Source of the DNA: Penicillus capitatus
Lineage: Eukaryota; Plantae; Chlorophyta
DNA length: 64,000 nucleotides
Direction: 5' to 3'
Assembly (NCBI GenBank): GCA_965649825.1
Contig: OZ287700.1
Span: forward strand, 620,001 to 684,000
Of this stretch, positions 1 to 13,680 are shown piece after piece; the stretch's first letter is position 1; each line of letters begins with the position of its first letter. Made by a program: the position numbers and the translations under genes. The notes beneath the pieces were generated by a model. The model was not told the origin of the DNA, made no database searches, and worked only from the letters and a program-made list of their open reading frames with translations.

Positions 1-353
1 CAAGATCAAACACATGTCTTATTACGATGCCCATTCTTTATTCATCGAATTCAATGCCTGGTATAAATGTTTCTCCCCGGCTCATGATCGTCGTCATCTT
101 CATCATCTGTCAGTCTTGTCAATCACTTAGACATTTCCCTGATGTGACAACAACAACAGCAGCAAACAAACAAAAGCAAACAATGGATGACATTCATGGA
201 CAAAAATGATGCTTGTGTTTGATCCTTTTGATCGAATCCGATCTGGTCCACTCCAGAGATGCCTTCCAGACCAAAATACACGTCTTCTTCTTGCTCTGCT
301 CGAATCCTGTGCCTCAAGGTCGTCCAAGTGATTTTCGAGATAGTCCATTCGTC

Positions 354-1528
354 TTAGGAAAAACGAAGACGGACGACGATGCAACTGATGTTGTCGGTGC
401 TCCCACGACTGTCGGCTACAGACGTCAAGACGCTGGCTGCTTTTTGCGGATCGGATTCACGACGGACGATCTGAACAGCTTCGTCGTTTGTTATGACATC
501 CCAGACTCCATCCGTTGCTAAGATGAGGAATTCGTGGGCAGACGTGAGTTCTTCAATGGCCATAATATGAGGAGTGGCGATCACGTATTTCTTGAGGGGC
601 CGATCGCCAAAAGCACGAGAAACGGCCAAAACACCGCCGACTCTCCACGTTCCAGCCCACACGACCATTCCACCCAGATTCTCAATACGCTCCTTTTCAG
701 CATAATGATTTGGCTTGTGATCGACAGACATCTGAACGGCTTTGCCATCTTGACACAACACTGCTCTCGAATCGCCAATATTGGCAATCAGTAATTTGCG
801 ATCCGCAACAATGGCTGTTACAGCAGTACACCTAAACCCAACACCACCACCACCACCATCTATCTCCCTTCACATTCAGACCCAATCCGCCACGCACCCG
901 TCGTCTTTGTAGGAGAGGCTGGTGCTCAGATACTTCTTGTCTGTATTGATGTATGCCCTTTCTACAGCAGAAGCGAAATGCAGAGAGGTCGCGAAAATGC
1001 ATGACCGCACCAACGGCCAGATTTAGGTCAGAAACAAAACGTGGGTGATCCAGTAAGTTGTTCAGAAGATTGTCTCTTACGTAACGAGCACATCCCGGTC
1101 CTCCATGACCTACACAGAGACATCTCACACATTTGCATGCATTGCCCGTCACAGGATCCACCATCATAGACGCCAAAGAACCCAATAACATCTCCATTCT
1201 TGTGCTGCTTAAACTGTACATATGGTGCTGTCATGACTGGAAGAGCACACACACATGATAGGGATGGGTACTTGTGCATCCAAAAAGTCCTCCATAGTTG
1301 TTCTCTTTCCTCTTAGCAACGAAAACCCATAAGCCACCTTTTCGTCGTATCTGCATCATGGACAGACATTATCTCTTATCGCTTCGGGCTGAATGCAGCA
1401 TAATAAAATAACCGGATGTCTGCTCCCGCATCTGGTTCTTGTGTTTGCAGACAGCTGCAGCCTGTTGGCCGTTTGAACGATGGCGCAAAGCGTTGCGAAA
1501 AGAAGTTTGCGATGAAGGCTTGCAGCAT
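354..1528 (-). CDS. Protein phosphatase 2C (PPM family), ~5 introns
   Basis: Spliced translation gives YGFSLLRGKRTTMEDFLDAQ, FFGVYDG|HGG, CTAVTAIVADRKLLIANIGDSRAVL, DHKP, GGVLAVSRAFGD, FLILATDGVWDV and GSTDNISCIVV, the canonical PP2C motifs. The start at 1528 (MLQAF) is inferred through a 61-bp intron and is less certain. Confidence 0.9.
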
Positions 1529-1705
1529 TGCCCACTTTGATTTGACGGTCGGCCTCGGTGTCGAAGGCTCCAGAGAAGGACCCTTCTCGGAGACTTCCGC
1601 AGGCGTCCCTATGTTTAATGGCTCCCGTGAAGGCGACCGCAGAAACAAACGGCGAATATGAATCAAGCAAGACGAGCAAGGACAGGCAGCGCACTCGCAC
1701 ATTGA

Positions 1706-4700
1706 ATGGCACCTCGGTCGGGCGTGGTACATGTCACATCACCAAACCGTCTGACCGTAATGAACGCGCGTCTGATGCAGGGAATGTTGATGATGCGGAC
1801 GACAATGGCTGGCAATACGACGATGTCGCTGAGAGACCGAGCTCCGTCGATGACGCGCAAACAAAGCCTCGAGGTCCTTTCGCTGCGTGTCTCCGATTTG
1901 CTCGAAGGACTCGACGAGGCGGGCGAAGGAGGCGGCGGCAAGAAAGAAGATGCGCAGCACCAGTTCGTCCGTTTTCGTCAAAAACTCGAATCGATTCTCA
2001 TGCCGCGCTTCAACGAAGCTCATGTGCGGTCTATGTCATGTACACGATGTCTGTGCTGGACGTCGTCGTCTGCGACTGCCTAGAAGGGTCAACAATGGGA
2101 GGGGATTGGAAAAGGAGAAACGGAAGCGCTGTTCTCTGAACTGGACGCCATCGGGGACTTCGTTGCGAAAAAGCATCACAGGTATCGTGCTGACGCGCTT
2201 TGCCAGGAATCTATCCAGAAGCACTGTTGACTAGACATGTGAGCTCAGCCTTTATGGGAGAACTGGTAGAAACTGTACAGATTCTCCTAAAGGAGTCCAT
2301 GCCGACGTCCTTGGAAAACGGTCCTATGGTGAAAAGCATGAGCACAATGGACGGTCAGGAGTAAAGGGTCTGTTTGCTACAGGGAGAGACTGCTGCTTCT
2401 CATCATTCATTGGATCAGACGAATCCGCTCATCATCAGAATCAAGGAACATATCAAGAGGTTAGCAACTGTCTTGTATCTTGCCGGCACGTGATTGGGGG
2501 AGTGGCATGATAGGTTGTCCAATAAAGGCATCTCTGCTGGTGATGTGACCACCATGCAAGACGCTCTGCAGTCCGTTCAAGATGAAATCCAGGTTTGTGT
2601 GAGGTCGGCATCGAGAGGATGGGTGTAGAGGATGGCACTGTAGAGATTTGGATGTCATTTAAATAAGCTACAGCAGGAGCGGAATGATTTGGTGCGTTTG
2701 GTCTCTTCGGGTCAAGAGATCATGGCAGATTTGGTGAGAGAGAATGAATCACTCGAGCATCAGCTCACACTGCACATCATGGAGCAAAAGAAAACTCTCA
2801 TGGGCGATGCCACTGCCACAGAAGAGCCAAATACCAACAGGACGCGGTGAGCATCGCAAAAGGTGACGCACGTTTCTAAGAGACAAGTGTTGGCGAATGC
2901 AGTAGTGACCTGAAGAGAGCGCAATCTGGAAGCTATTGTGAAGACGACCTACTGAGGCTCGTATTCAAAGAAAAGACCAAGACAGAATTGCTGGAGCAGC
3001 AAGCACAGCACTTGGCAATTCAAGCGAGCACAGCACAAAAAGTCATGCACCATTGGACACGAGACGCTTCTGATATCGGGATGCGTTTTTCAGGAGTTGG
3101 AAGAGCTTCGAGCTCATAAGATAGATGTTATGGGCGTCTTGGATGAGGAAGCATGGATCGAAGACCGTGACAGGTGCGTATGGGGTGCATCGTGTGGCGG
3201 CTGAGGTTACGGTGTTATGGATAGGTTGCTTCAGATGCTGGAAGACGAAAAAGATAAAGTGTCGACATGGAAAGAAGAACAAGAAGAATTGCATCAACAG
3301 CTGAAAATTGCCAGCGAAAAAATAAGTGCGCTCGAACAGGAGAACGATGCACTGCAGAAAGCGACGGAAGAGACATCGTGGTTCGAATACCGTAACAATC
3401 TCCTGCAACAATCCCAAATGGATCAGGCCACAATAAAAGAATTGACGGAAGCATGTGCGTCCTGCGAAAGTGCTTTGCACGAATTGGAGAAAGAGAAGGC
3501 GGCATTGCTTGCTGAAAACTTAAGACTGAAAGAGGAATCCGCCGGCGGTTCTGCCTGGGAAAAAGAAAAGCTTTCCCTGAAACTGACACTTGCCGAGAAG
3601 CAGAATCGCGTGTTGGAACTCACGGCCGAAAACGAAGAGCTTCACAGTCATGTAGAAGATGTGCAGACGCGTCTAGAAGAGACGCAGACGGAGATTGAGA
3701 CATTGACGAAGCAAGTCGACGAGGTTGCCTGGGCAGAGGACCGCCGTGCATTGATGCAGGCACTCGAACAGGAGATTGACAAGAGACCCATGTGGGAAGA
3801 AGAACGATCCTCCCTCGAACAGCAACTGGCACATCTGACAGAAGACATCGCATCCCTCAAGGCCGAAAACGCCACGCTCAGCGCCGCCTGCGACGAGGTG
3901 CTGTGGGCCAAAGAACGGGAAGAGCTTTGTCGAGCGCTGGAAGAGGAGAAGGAGAAATTGAGCAGCTGGACTGAGGAGATTGAAGCATTGGAAGAAGAGA
4001 ACAAAGAACTGAAGTGGGTTTTCCACGAGACTAAAGAAAAAGATCTCGTCATTCGTGATAAAGAAGAAGCAATTGAGCATCTTAATGAGCAGCTCGAAAA
4101 TCTCCAATCCCGAGTCCGTACCACACACACTGCCTCTCTCCTGTAGAAATGTGCTTTGCTGTCAGATTGATGTAAAACACGAAGAGATCCAGCAGTTGAA
4201 ATCTGTTTTGCATTCCAGTCCCGATGCATGGGTGGTCGAAAAGGTCGATCTGGTGAATCAAGTTGCCGAGCTGAAGCTTTGCAGCGCTGCGTTGGAAGAT
4301 GGCGTCAAGCAGGAGACGATGAAACACCAGGCGTGTCTCATTCGCATCGAAGAGCTAGAAATCGAGCTCGATCGATTGGAAAGGGAGATTCTTTCGCTCA
4401 AATCTGCACCAGCTCCTCGAAAGCATGTCTCTTGGGGGAGCAGTCACATCATGGAGACGTCAGAATCGTTGATGCCGGTGCCTCCTTCGTTGTCGATCAA
4501 CACCGGCAAGTCGCATTCGAGATTCGACGGCAGTCTGGCAACAGATGCTGCTGCTGCCTCTCAGTTGTGTTGTCATCTGTCTGTCCGTGTACCGCATCTC
4601 CGATCGAAATCCATCCCTCCGTCTGTTCAATTCTAGTTATCGAACGTGATGCATCGACCTCATCATGGACCGCCGCACCGCCACCGACAGCATATCATAT

Positions 4701-4884
4701 TGTAATACCCGTCCGCCGTCCTCTTTTTCAACGTCACATCCTCAATGGCCGGGCTTCCAAAAGTGCTCCTGTCACATCGCGTGCACCAACGACTGCGCGG
4801 ATATCGCGTCCGGTTCTCGATTCTTTGTGTCGTGAGGCAATTCTTGATTTGATAACATCGCTAAACGACTGGATTACCATTTGA
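1706..4884 (+). CDS. Large coiled-coil protein of unknown function, multi-exon, ends uncertain
   Basis: E/K/L/Q-rich heptad ORFs at 3217-4146 and 4055-4636, plus upstream exons joined by ~50-bp GT-AG introns (e.g. 2024-2083, ~3042-3093). No family motif was recognised. Confidence 0.6.
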
Positions 4885-5078
4885 TTAAAAAGGCCTTCGG
4901 TCCGGTGTCCGATGTCGAATATCGCGCCAGGCAATACCACAAAGAGACCTGACGAAGAACGACGCCTTCTCATACGCTCTTTACTGGAAGTGAGCTCAGA
5001 ACACCACTCCTCTGGCCAAAAACATCACCCTCGTTATCACAGCTGTATGGAAAACAAGGAGGACGTGTAGTGCTTCCT

Positions 5079-7973
5079 ATGACAGAGGACGACGATGACA
5101 GTCTCTTCGATCGTATTCATGTCCCAATTCTCGTGGAAGCACTGCAAACAAGTGGGCATCGACCACGTTTATGAGATGTGTCGTAAACGAGAAGGCTACG
5201 GCATTCAGGTCAGTACGTGGACATTGGCAAATTATTGAATGAAGCGGAGACGTGCAATGGAAGAGTGGTGCATGATGGGACGGATCCTGGAATGGATTTG
5301 GATGTTCAGACAGAGCTCGTGCTGCATATTCCTCAACTGGTGCTGCAGCTAGACGAGCATGAGCTACAGGAGATGGCTTTCATGTTTTTCTGTCTCTTCT
5401 GTGTCGACGACGGACCATTGAATCTGACAACACCTCTGCGCAGACAGCTAGAATTAAGCACTTCCTGTGCAGAGGATATCATCAAAGTTGCCAAACGCGT
5501 TCGACTGCGTCCAGACGAGAGATTTGACGTATGCGAGACGGTAGGCGTGGATCAGCTGCTCAAATTGATCGAAGACATCCGTCCACAAGATTTTAGAAAA
5601 TTTCGCGATTTTGTGAAATGGAGAGATGTCATTGCACGGGTCCTGATTCAAGTGATGAAGGAATCTGTCCAGCCAGCGGCCGATTCAGCTGAGGTCTCTC
5701 TGCTGCTGGCCAATCTGAAAGGAGCCGTTCGGCGTCTCTGTTTTCGAGAGGAAGACGAGTTCCTAGAAGAAGAGTACACCGATGCGATTCGCTATGTCTC
5801 GTCCATCGCCCACAAACTCGTGCCACACTCGCAATCTGGATTCTCCTTTCCCTGGGGACTGCGCATCTCTCTGTGGGAGACATTACTGGCTGCCCTGTTC
5901 GAGACGTGTGATGAGGACGATATCTACGTTGACGAAATGGAAATCCTCAGATCGCAGTTCTTGAAGCATCTGGCACCCAGACTCCAGATCTCTCCCGCAC
6001 TCCACGATGCCGCGTTTGCATGGGTACACTTTAAGCAGCTCAGTGCCACGCGTTTTCCAGCACTCTGTCCTCCACTCAAGATCCTACTGACTGCCGTCAC
6101 GACCAACGATCCACCAGTGGATGAAATGGACAGATTCTACGTGACCGAAATCACACATGTTTGTTTTGCCTCATTAAGAGAGACGTTGATGGATTACCAC
6201 GCAAGACTCCCCGAATCCGAAGTCATGTCAGGAATGGTCGATCTGTTCTTGACCTTGACACAGACTCTTCCATCTGGAGATGCCCGTCAACAATTCCGTC
6301 TTGAAGAGTGTGTTGCCAACTCGTGTGAGAAAGCTTTCTTGAGAATACAGCAGAGTCATGCAGAAGACAGAAAAGACTGTCCCTTCCGCGTTCAGAAACT
6401 CGCCGAAGAAACGATGGAGCTCTATGAAATGGAGCTTCTGAAATACACCGGAGGGCTTGCTCCTTTCTGCCCCAATGCTGCAGCTGTGGCCGCCAAGGCA
6501 CTGCATGAGTGTTTTGGCCAAGAGCTAAAACCGGTTCTCTACGAGCTCAAAAATATTCCAGAGGATGTGGTGCGTATGCTGAAGTCGGCCGATGCTTTGG
6601 AGGTCGTTCTCATGAAAGAGATTTCACACGAACCATCGACAGCGTCGTCTGTTGTGCCATGGAATGTCATGGATGCCATCTCTGAGCTGCTGTTTCACTG
6701 GGTGGAGACGCAGTTGCATAAAATCAAGGAATGGAGAGAGCGTTTAGTCCAGGAAGAAACATGGCAGCCGAAATCCACCACCAATCCGCTCTCCGCCTCT
6801 GCCGTAGAATACAGACGACTGCTGGAGGAGTCCATCGCTCTTGTTTTTAGTCTAGACTTGAACTTTCCAGAAAACCTGGTCGATAAATTTGTATCCGGAT
6901 TGGCCATTGCCTTAAAATCCTATGCCGATTCGACCATGAGCGACATCCGTGGTGAAGAAGGTATTCGTTTGCTGATCCCTCGTGTGCCAGAGCTCACCCG
7001 GTATAAGAAGGAATTAGCCGACAGTGCTGCCCTCAAAGAAAGTTCAGCAGATTCCAAGCCTCATAAGAGACACTCCCGACTGAAGAGTATCCTTCTTGAC
7101 TCGTCCGTGACAAGAATGGTGCCTCTCATCGAGGAATCGGAGAACTATCAATGGTTTAATAATCTCAAAATCAACACACTCATCGTCCGAATAAACTCGC
7201 TTCATTTTCTCAGAGAAAGGTAAATGATGCTATCGCTATCGACGGCAATGTATGCGGAGGTGTATGTATGTGACTGTAGCATTCCCGAATTGAGTGCGAT
7301 GCTGGAATCGAATTCAAGCTTGCACGGTGTGCAGAAGGACATGGGAAAGCGGAACAGTGCCGAGCCTTTATGGACAGCATCCGTCGAATTAGAACGCTGT
7401 GTGAATGTTTTTTGCCGGTTCTTAGGAACGAAGATTGTTTTTTGGGACGGCCGTATTCGATGGTTGGAGCAACTCTACCGTCATCACGTCGAATCTAGTC
7501 GTATGGACTACATTCTGGCAGATCTTCACAAGAGTCTCATGGACATCAATGCCGTTGCCCTAGATTCTGTCCGCAATAAGATCGTCCATAGCGTGCTTGA
7601 GGCGTGTGCCGCCGGTCTGAAACGGGTTTTGCTGGAGGGTGGTCCCTATAGATTGTTCAGGAGTGGCAGTGATGGAAACGATCGAGAACTCATTGAAGAA
7701 GACGTCAAGAAATTGAAAGATCTCTTCAACGATGAGGAAGAGGGGTTACCTATGACACTCATCGAAGACACCACAAAACCCGTCCTCGAAATCCTGCTGC
7801 AAATGAGTCTGAGCACCAGCAATCTCATTCAGTTAGCAGAGGATGCCCGGAGAACAAACACACGCGACATCACTGTGTACACACAGATTCTGGGCCACCG
7901 TATCGACAGAGCTGCATCAAAGTGGCTGAAAAAAGTGTTGAAGACGCCCAAGAAAACGAAAACGAAGCTCTGA
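5079..7973 (+). CDS. PATROL1: PATROL1/DUF810 (Munc13 homology domain) protein
   Basis: Two introns (5152-5208 and ~7220-7279). Segments ETWQPK..SASAVEYRRLLEES, PRVPELTRY, LIVRINSLHFL, TKIVFWD..QLY...SSRMDYIL and LKRVLLEGGPYRLF..IEEDVKKLKDLF..EEGLP match the plant PATROL1/DUF810 family as I recall it. Confidence 0.82.
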
Positions 7974-7988
7974 GTACATTGTCATTGA

Positions 7989-8043
7989 GGGCAAGCGGGT
8001 GGGTGGGCAAGCAAGCGGGTGGGCAGGCAGGCAGGCATGCATG
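7989..8043. repeat. Short imperfect GGCA/GGGT tetranucleotide microsatellite
   Basis: gggcaagcgggtgggtgggcaagcaagcgggtgggcaggcaggcaggcatgcatgc, directly visible between two convergent genes. Confidence 0.7.
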
Positions 8044-8150
8044 CAAAGTCAATCTCCATCCAACTCAGTTTTTTGTCTGTTGCATAGCACATCTGACATG
8101 CAAGACCGTTGTTGTGACAACGCATATCTTCTCTTATGTATCATCATCGC

Positions 8151-8732
8151 TCATGAATTTTTCTGTGACGACGGAGACGGAGAGTGTAATCGGAAGAGCT
8201 CTGTGCAATGATCGACATCTTTGCCCAACAGCAATCCACAACGGTATCGCAGTTCTCTCCACGGTCCAATCCTTCCATGCAGACGCATATTGACCATTGC
8301 TCTGGAAAAACGGTACTCTCCACTTCCACACTTGGCCAGTAACGCATCGAAACGTGCATCGAACAAAGCCCATCGCTTTTGCAGAGGATAGAGGAACACT
8401 CTTCGGCTGAACAACCAGAACCGATACCAGATGTAACGGATGGACACCGGGATGACATAATGGATAAAGAAACCGCGGAAGAACAACAGCGACGTTTTCA
8501 CGGACATAGGCGGCTTGTCCTCCTCGTCGATATCCAGCTGCATGATCTCGTTCCATTCGTACCTCGTCATGCGTTCCTTATCGATATCGCTCAAGAGATC
8601 CAGGTAACGCGGATGTTTGGACATGGGACGCAGCCATGCTTGAACGCGCAACGGTGCGCGCACTGCCCGACGTGGCGGCGCACGGCAGAGCTTCGGAAAC
8701 CCTCGGATCGCTACGCCCTTCGTCAACATCAT
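8151..8732 (-). CDS. Hypothetical protein with plastid-transit-peptide-like N-terminus
   Basis: 193-aa ORF. The Arg/Ala/Pro-rich N-terminus ends in a typical cleavage context (RAPLRVQA), followed by an aromatic/hydrophobic segment. No family was recognised. Confidence 0.6.
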   Translation of the reverse strand: MMLTKGVAIRGFPKLCRAPPRRAVRAPLRVQAWLRPMSKHPRYLDLLSDIDKERMTRYEWNEIMQLDIDEEDKPPMSVKTSLLFFRGFFIHYVIPVSIRYIWYRFWLFSRRVFLYPLQKRWALFDARFDALLAKCGSGEYRFSRAMVNMRLHGRIGPWRELRYRCGLLLGKDVDHCTELFRLHSPSPSSQKNS

Positions 8733-8906
8733 AACACCGAGGCGATGATGTGACGCGCATACAAGGTTTGTCGAATATCCTTGCTCCGTTGTTGTTTGCG
8801 TTTATTTCTGTTGTTCTGACCACAATTGTCGACGCGCTTTTGAAAAAGACGTTTGTTTGTACCAAACAAAGTTTTCTCGTGTCCCACATTATCTCGCAGC
8901 GCGATC

Positions 8907-9738
8907 ATGTTTTCTCTTCCGGCCACGGAGCTGCGCTATCTGTCGAATCGCGGCATGCAGAAAGGAAGGACCTCTTGTGGAAGACCGCTACGGACACAAG
9001 TCTCGGCGTACGCACCGCCAATTCGCTCGCATGTACGTTGATCCCTACTCCGGAGGGCGCGAGCATGAGGCCTGGGTTTCCAGGACATCGGACGGAGTCC
9101 ACGCGACGTTCTCGGCGTCGAGGCCGACGCGGACGGACAGCAGATCAAAACAGCGTTTCGCAAACTTGCTCTCAAGTGCGTGAACAGCCATGATGTGGAC
9201 AGCTGACTCAAAGGGGCGGCGTGGTTGCTATTCTAGGTACCATCCAGATCATCAAGGCGGCGACGAACAGCGTTTTGTCGAGATCTTACGTGCCTATGAG
9301 ATTCTTGTTGGCAAGGCCGACGGTAAAGATCATCGCGAGAACGCGGATTGGGACTTCCATGATTGGTACTGGAAATTCGCGACGTTGCGCAAACAGGGAA
9401 AAGCGTCGCCACGACGCAGCGGATTTCGTGCCGATCTGCCATCACAACTCGCCGGTCTGCGACAACGCGCAGCTGTGCGAGCAGCCAAAGCACGGGCAGT
9501 GCAGCACACATCGTCGCCTGTAATGTCATTCGATCCAGCCAACGACTATCTGGATGACGATGCGAGTCCTGCCGATTGCGGCGGGGCATCCTCCTCGACG
9601 ATGACAGAGGATCAGATGCGACGTTGTGATGACGAGGCCCGACGACGAGCGCAACTGAATTCTTCTGAGACAAAAGAAAGCATTTCGAGTCAACTGACGG
9701 GTCTCAAGCGCCGAGCGCGGATCCGTCAAGAACTGTGA
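8907..9738 (+). CDS. J-domain (DnaJ type C) protein, probably plastid-targeted, 2 introns
   Basis: Introns 9033-9083 and ~9177-9236 give RDVLGVEADADGQQIKTAFRKLALK|YHPDH...FVEILRAYEIL, a J-domain with the HPD motif, after an Arg/Ser-rich transit-like exon. Confidence 0.87.
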
Positions 9739-10040
9739 CAGCAGTGACTTAGCAGGCAGTTGAGAAGAGAACAGATCATTCCTTATTGAATGATAGAACA
9801 ACGAATGATTTTGCCAGTTGTATACGTGGGAATAGCATTCTCTGGGGGCGAAGCATGAAGAGCTCTCTGTGGGGCTGATTCTGTGGTTTTGTCTCCGACG
9901 TCATCTATTTGAGAATAAGAAGGCGAATGGAGTGATGGATGCTTGAGTGCGTGTGTTCAGCCGTTCTGTGTAATTGATATCTTTCTATGGGAAACACGCA
10001 CTTACAGATACACGGCTAAAATGAACATCATCAGAATCCA

Positions 10041-11371
<1,331 letters not shown>

Positions 11372-11578
11372 CTAGACAGTCACGATGTGCGTTGAGTGGG
11401 AACGAGGTTGCGTGGCGTCACGGTAGCGTATGTACGTGCAGAAGGTGACGCGACGCACCGAGCAAGAGGGATTGATAGAGAAGAAGGCAATGCTTTGCGC
11501 GTAATCGACGTCTTCCTAGATTCTGCAAAAACGAGCGGCGCGAAGCTCAGTGCGAAGAGATGAATGAAGGTGATGATT

Positions 11579-12949
11579 TCAATTCGTGCCAACACTCAAT
11601 GTGCGCCAAACCGTTTCTTCCCAATGATCGGCCCATTGTGGACCAGCATTCTTAAGGAGACTCGCTTTCATGCGGGCCAAGCGATACGTCACATCATCCA
11701 GACAGAGAGGAAAATCGCAGAGGAGATCCCAGAGAAGGGCACAGAGATCGCGGGATGTGGAAAAGAGGGCGCCATTGGTGTTGGGCTGGACGAGTTCTGT
11801 GATGGCCAGATAGTCGACGGTGCACACCGGCAATGCACAGCCGAACATATCGACAACCTTCATGGGCAGATCGACGCCAGACGAGGAGGTATGCAAACTG
11901 ATGCCGAGATCGGCCGATCCGAGGAGAAGAGGATAATCAGCCGCTTCCAGCCAGAGGGCTCGGACAGCAACGGCGTGCCACTCCAACGCACACATTTTTT
12001 GGATGTAGAATGGCTTGAGGGGTCCTTTTCCAGTGATAAAGATCAGCAGACGTGGGTGTCGCGATCGCCGCGTCTTCGGCAGTTCCTGCCATCGTCGGTC
12101 ATACATCTCAAGTGCCGACAGGAGGATCGAGAAATCTTCATCGGCTGTCCAACTGGTACTGCTGACGACAACCGCCGGTCGCGTATCTGTCTTCTGCAGG
12201 CGCCCGTCTTGGAGAGGTTCGATGAGGAGACTGTCGGGATCCTTGAGTGCTGAGGCTTCGACGGCACAGAAGTCGTGGGCATGCATCGGTGTACAGAGCT
12301 CCTTGTGCAGACGTTGCATCAGTCGATACGTCTCGTCGAGATGTGCCGGTCGGTACCGTGGATGTGGACGATCGTAGACGACAGTGGCCTCGATCTTCCA
12401 TTCCTTAAGTCTCTGCTGCATGGCTTGGCTCACACAGAAGTGCTGGTGGCCGCACCGACCTCCATAGATTTCGGTCATCTTAGCCAACGAGATCAGCAGC
12501 GATGGCGTACGGGGATGGAGTTGCATAATGGTGTAGGCAAAGTTATGCCAGTCCAGCACCACACGTATACGACAAAACAGTCGAAGACAAGCGCAGATGA
12601 TGAGAGTGGGAATGGCTGGAGGGATTTGCACGAGAACGAATTCTGGACGGGGCAATGTCATCAGCATCATGACCAACAGATGCGTGAACTGGAACCATGC
12701 TTTGAGGAGAAGGAAAAGGAGCCTTGGCAACGTGTCAAACCACGAAGGTGTACGTCGCACAGGAGCGAAATGGAAGCGCGCGTGGGAGGCAATCGTATCG
12801 AGAGGGACGGAACCGGGGAAGGCAATGACGTGAACGTCATATCCTTTGTTCAGCAGCGATTCGGTGTGGTACTGCATTCTTGGACTTCGGCCGAAGTCGC
12901 CAAGGACGAAAATCCAGCAACGTCGATCCATGATGCTCGTCGTCGCCAT
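11579..12949 (-). CDS. ALG1: Chitobiosyldiphosphodolichol beta-mannosyltransferase, intronless
   Basis: VLGDFGRSPRMQYHTESL, QIPPAIP, DWHNFAYT, VVSSTSWTADEDFSILL, ITGKGP, DYPLLLGSADLGISLHTSSSGVDLPMKVVDMFGCALPV. The ORF is open to 13063, but the likely start is MATT at 12949. Confidence 0.95.
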   Translation of the reverse strand: MATTSIMDRRCWIFVLGDFGRSPRMQYHTESLLNKGYDVHVIAFPGSVPLDTIASHARFHFAPVRRTPSWFDTLPRLLFLLLKAWFQFTHLLVMMLMTLPRPEFVLVQIPPAIPTLIICACLRLFCRIRVVLDWHNFAYTIMQLHPRTPSLLISLAKMTEIYGGRCGHQHFCVSQAMQQRLKEWKIEATVVYDRPHPRYRPAHLDETYRLMQRLHKELCTPMHAHDFCAVEASALKDPDSLLIEPLQDGRLQKTDTRPAVVVSSTSWTADEDFSILLSALEMYDRRWQELPKTRRSRHPRLLIFITGKGPLKPFYIQKMCALEWHAVAVRALWLEAADYPLLLGSADLGISLHTSSSGVDLPMKVVDMFGCALPVCTVDYLAITELVQPNTNGALFSTSRDLCALLWDLLCDFPLCLDDVTYRLARMKASLLKNAGPQWADHWEETVWRTLSVGTN

Positions 12950-13061
12950 CACGTCGTGCTCATCATTAGTGCACCTGTCACATCGTGAACGCATTTTTGG
13001 TGTTGTGCTTGAGTACGGCGCTATTCTCGCGACATTCGCCGTCTCGCAAGGGAAGTTCGTC

Positions 13062-13661
13062 ATGGCAGAGACCGACGGCGAGGCAGTAGGTTCATTTTGC
13101 AGGAACGGAAACGGACGGCATGGGGGACCGCAGGAAACGATGACTGGGAAATTCTATTTCGATAACGGGGCGACGTATGAAGGTGCGTGGAAGTACATTG
13201 AAGACGACGGCAATGCGACGGAACCCTCCGAAGAGACGACATCGATCGAAAACAAAAGACGCGTTCGTCATGGAAAAGGCAAGACGGTGAATGGCTGACA
13301 AACGACGATTTCAGCAGCGGGCGATTCAGGAACGTACGTGGAGGGGGATTACTCTTACGAAGGCGCGTGGCATGAAGATCAGATGTGTGGAAACGGTGTC
13401 TTTCGTTTTGCAAATGGCAACGAGTACCGAGGCGAATTCAAGGCGAATGCCTATCACGGCCAAGGATCGTTTACGTGGACTGATGGCGCCGTCTACACCG
13501 TTGTCCATTGGCGGTTTGCTTTTGAGGACGATCATGGATTTTAGGGCGCATGGTCTGAAGGAAAGATGCATGGAGTGGGGAGCTACGTCGATCGACGCGG
13601 TCGTCAGTGGGACGGACAGTTCTACAATGGATACGGTCCGGGACTCAAATGTCATCTGTGA
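13062..13661 (+). CDS. Small MORN-repeat protein (MORN2-like), 2 introns
   Basis: YEGAW..RHGKG|TYVEGDYSYEGAWHEDQMCGNGVFRFANGNEYRGEFKANAYHGQGSFTWTDGAVYT|GAWSEGKMHGVG. The first intron (13279-13329) is GC-AG. Confidence 0.87.
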
Positions 13662-13680
13662 AAAGTTTCGCCGCTCCGAC

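Noticed and set aside
9780-9980. Possible C/D box snoRNA between DnaJ and ArfGAP (TGAT... and CTGA motifs)
   Set aside because: No canonical RTGATGA box, terminal stem or recognisable guide; more simply explained as overlapping 3' UTRs.
13061-13064. Overlapping ATGs of ALG1 (-) and MORN (+) on the palindrome CATG
   Set aside because: ALG1 homology starts ~45 codons downstream, and a better start exists at 12949. The extension is probably just an open frame.
13296-13298. In-frame TGA in the MORN gene as possible selenocysteine or readthrough
   Set aside because: It lies inside the GC-AG intron 13279-13329, and splicing restores a perfect MORN repeat.
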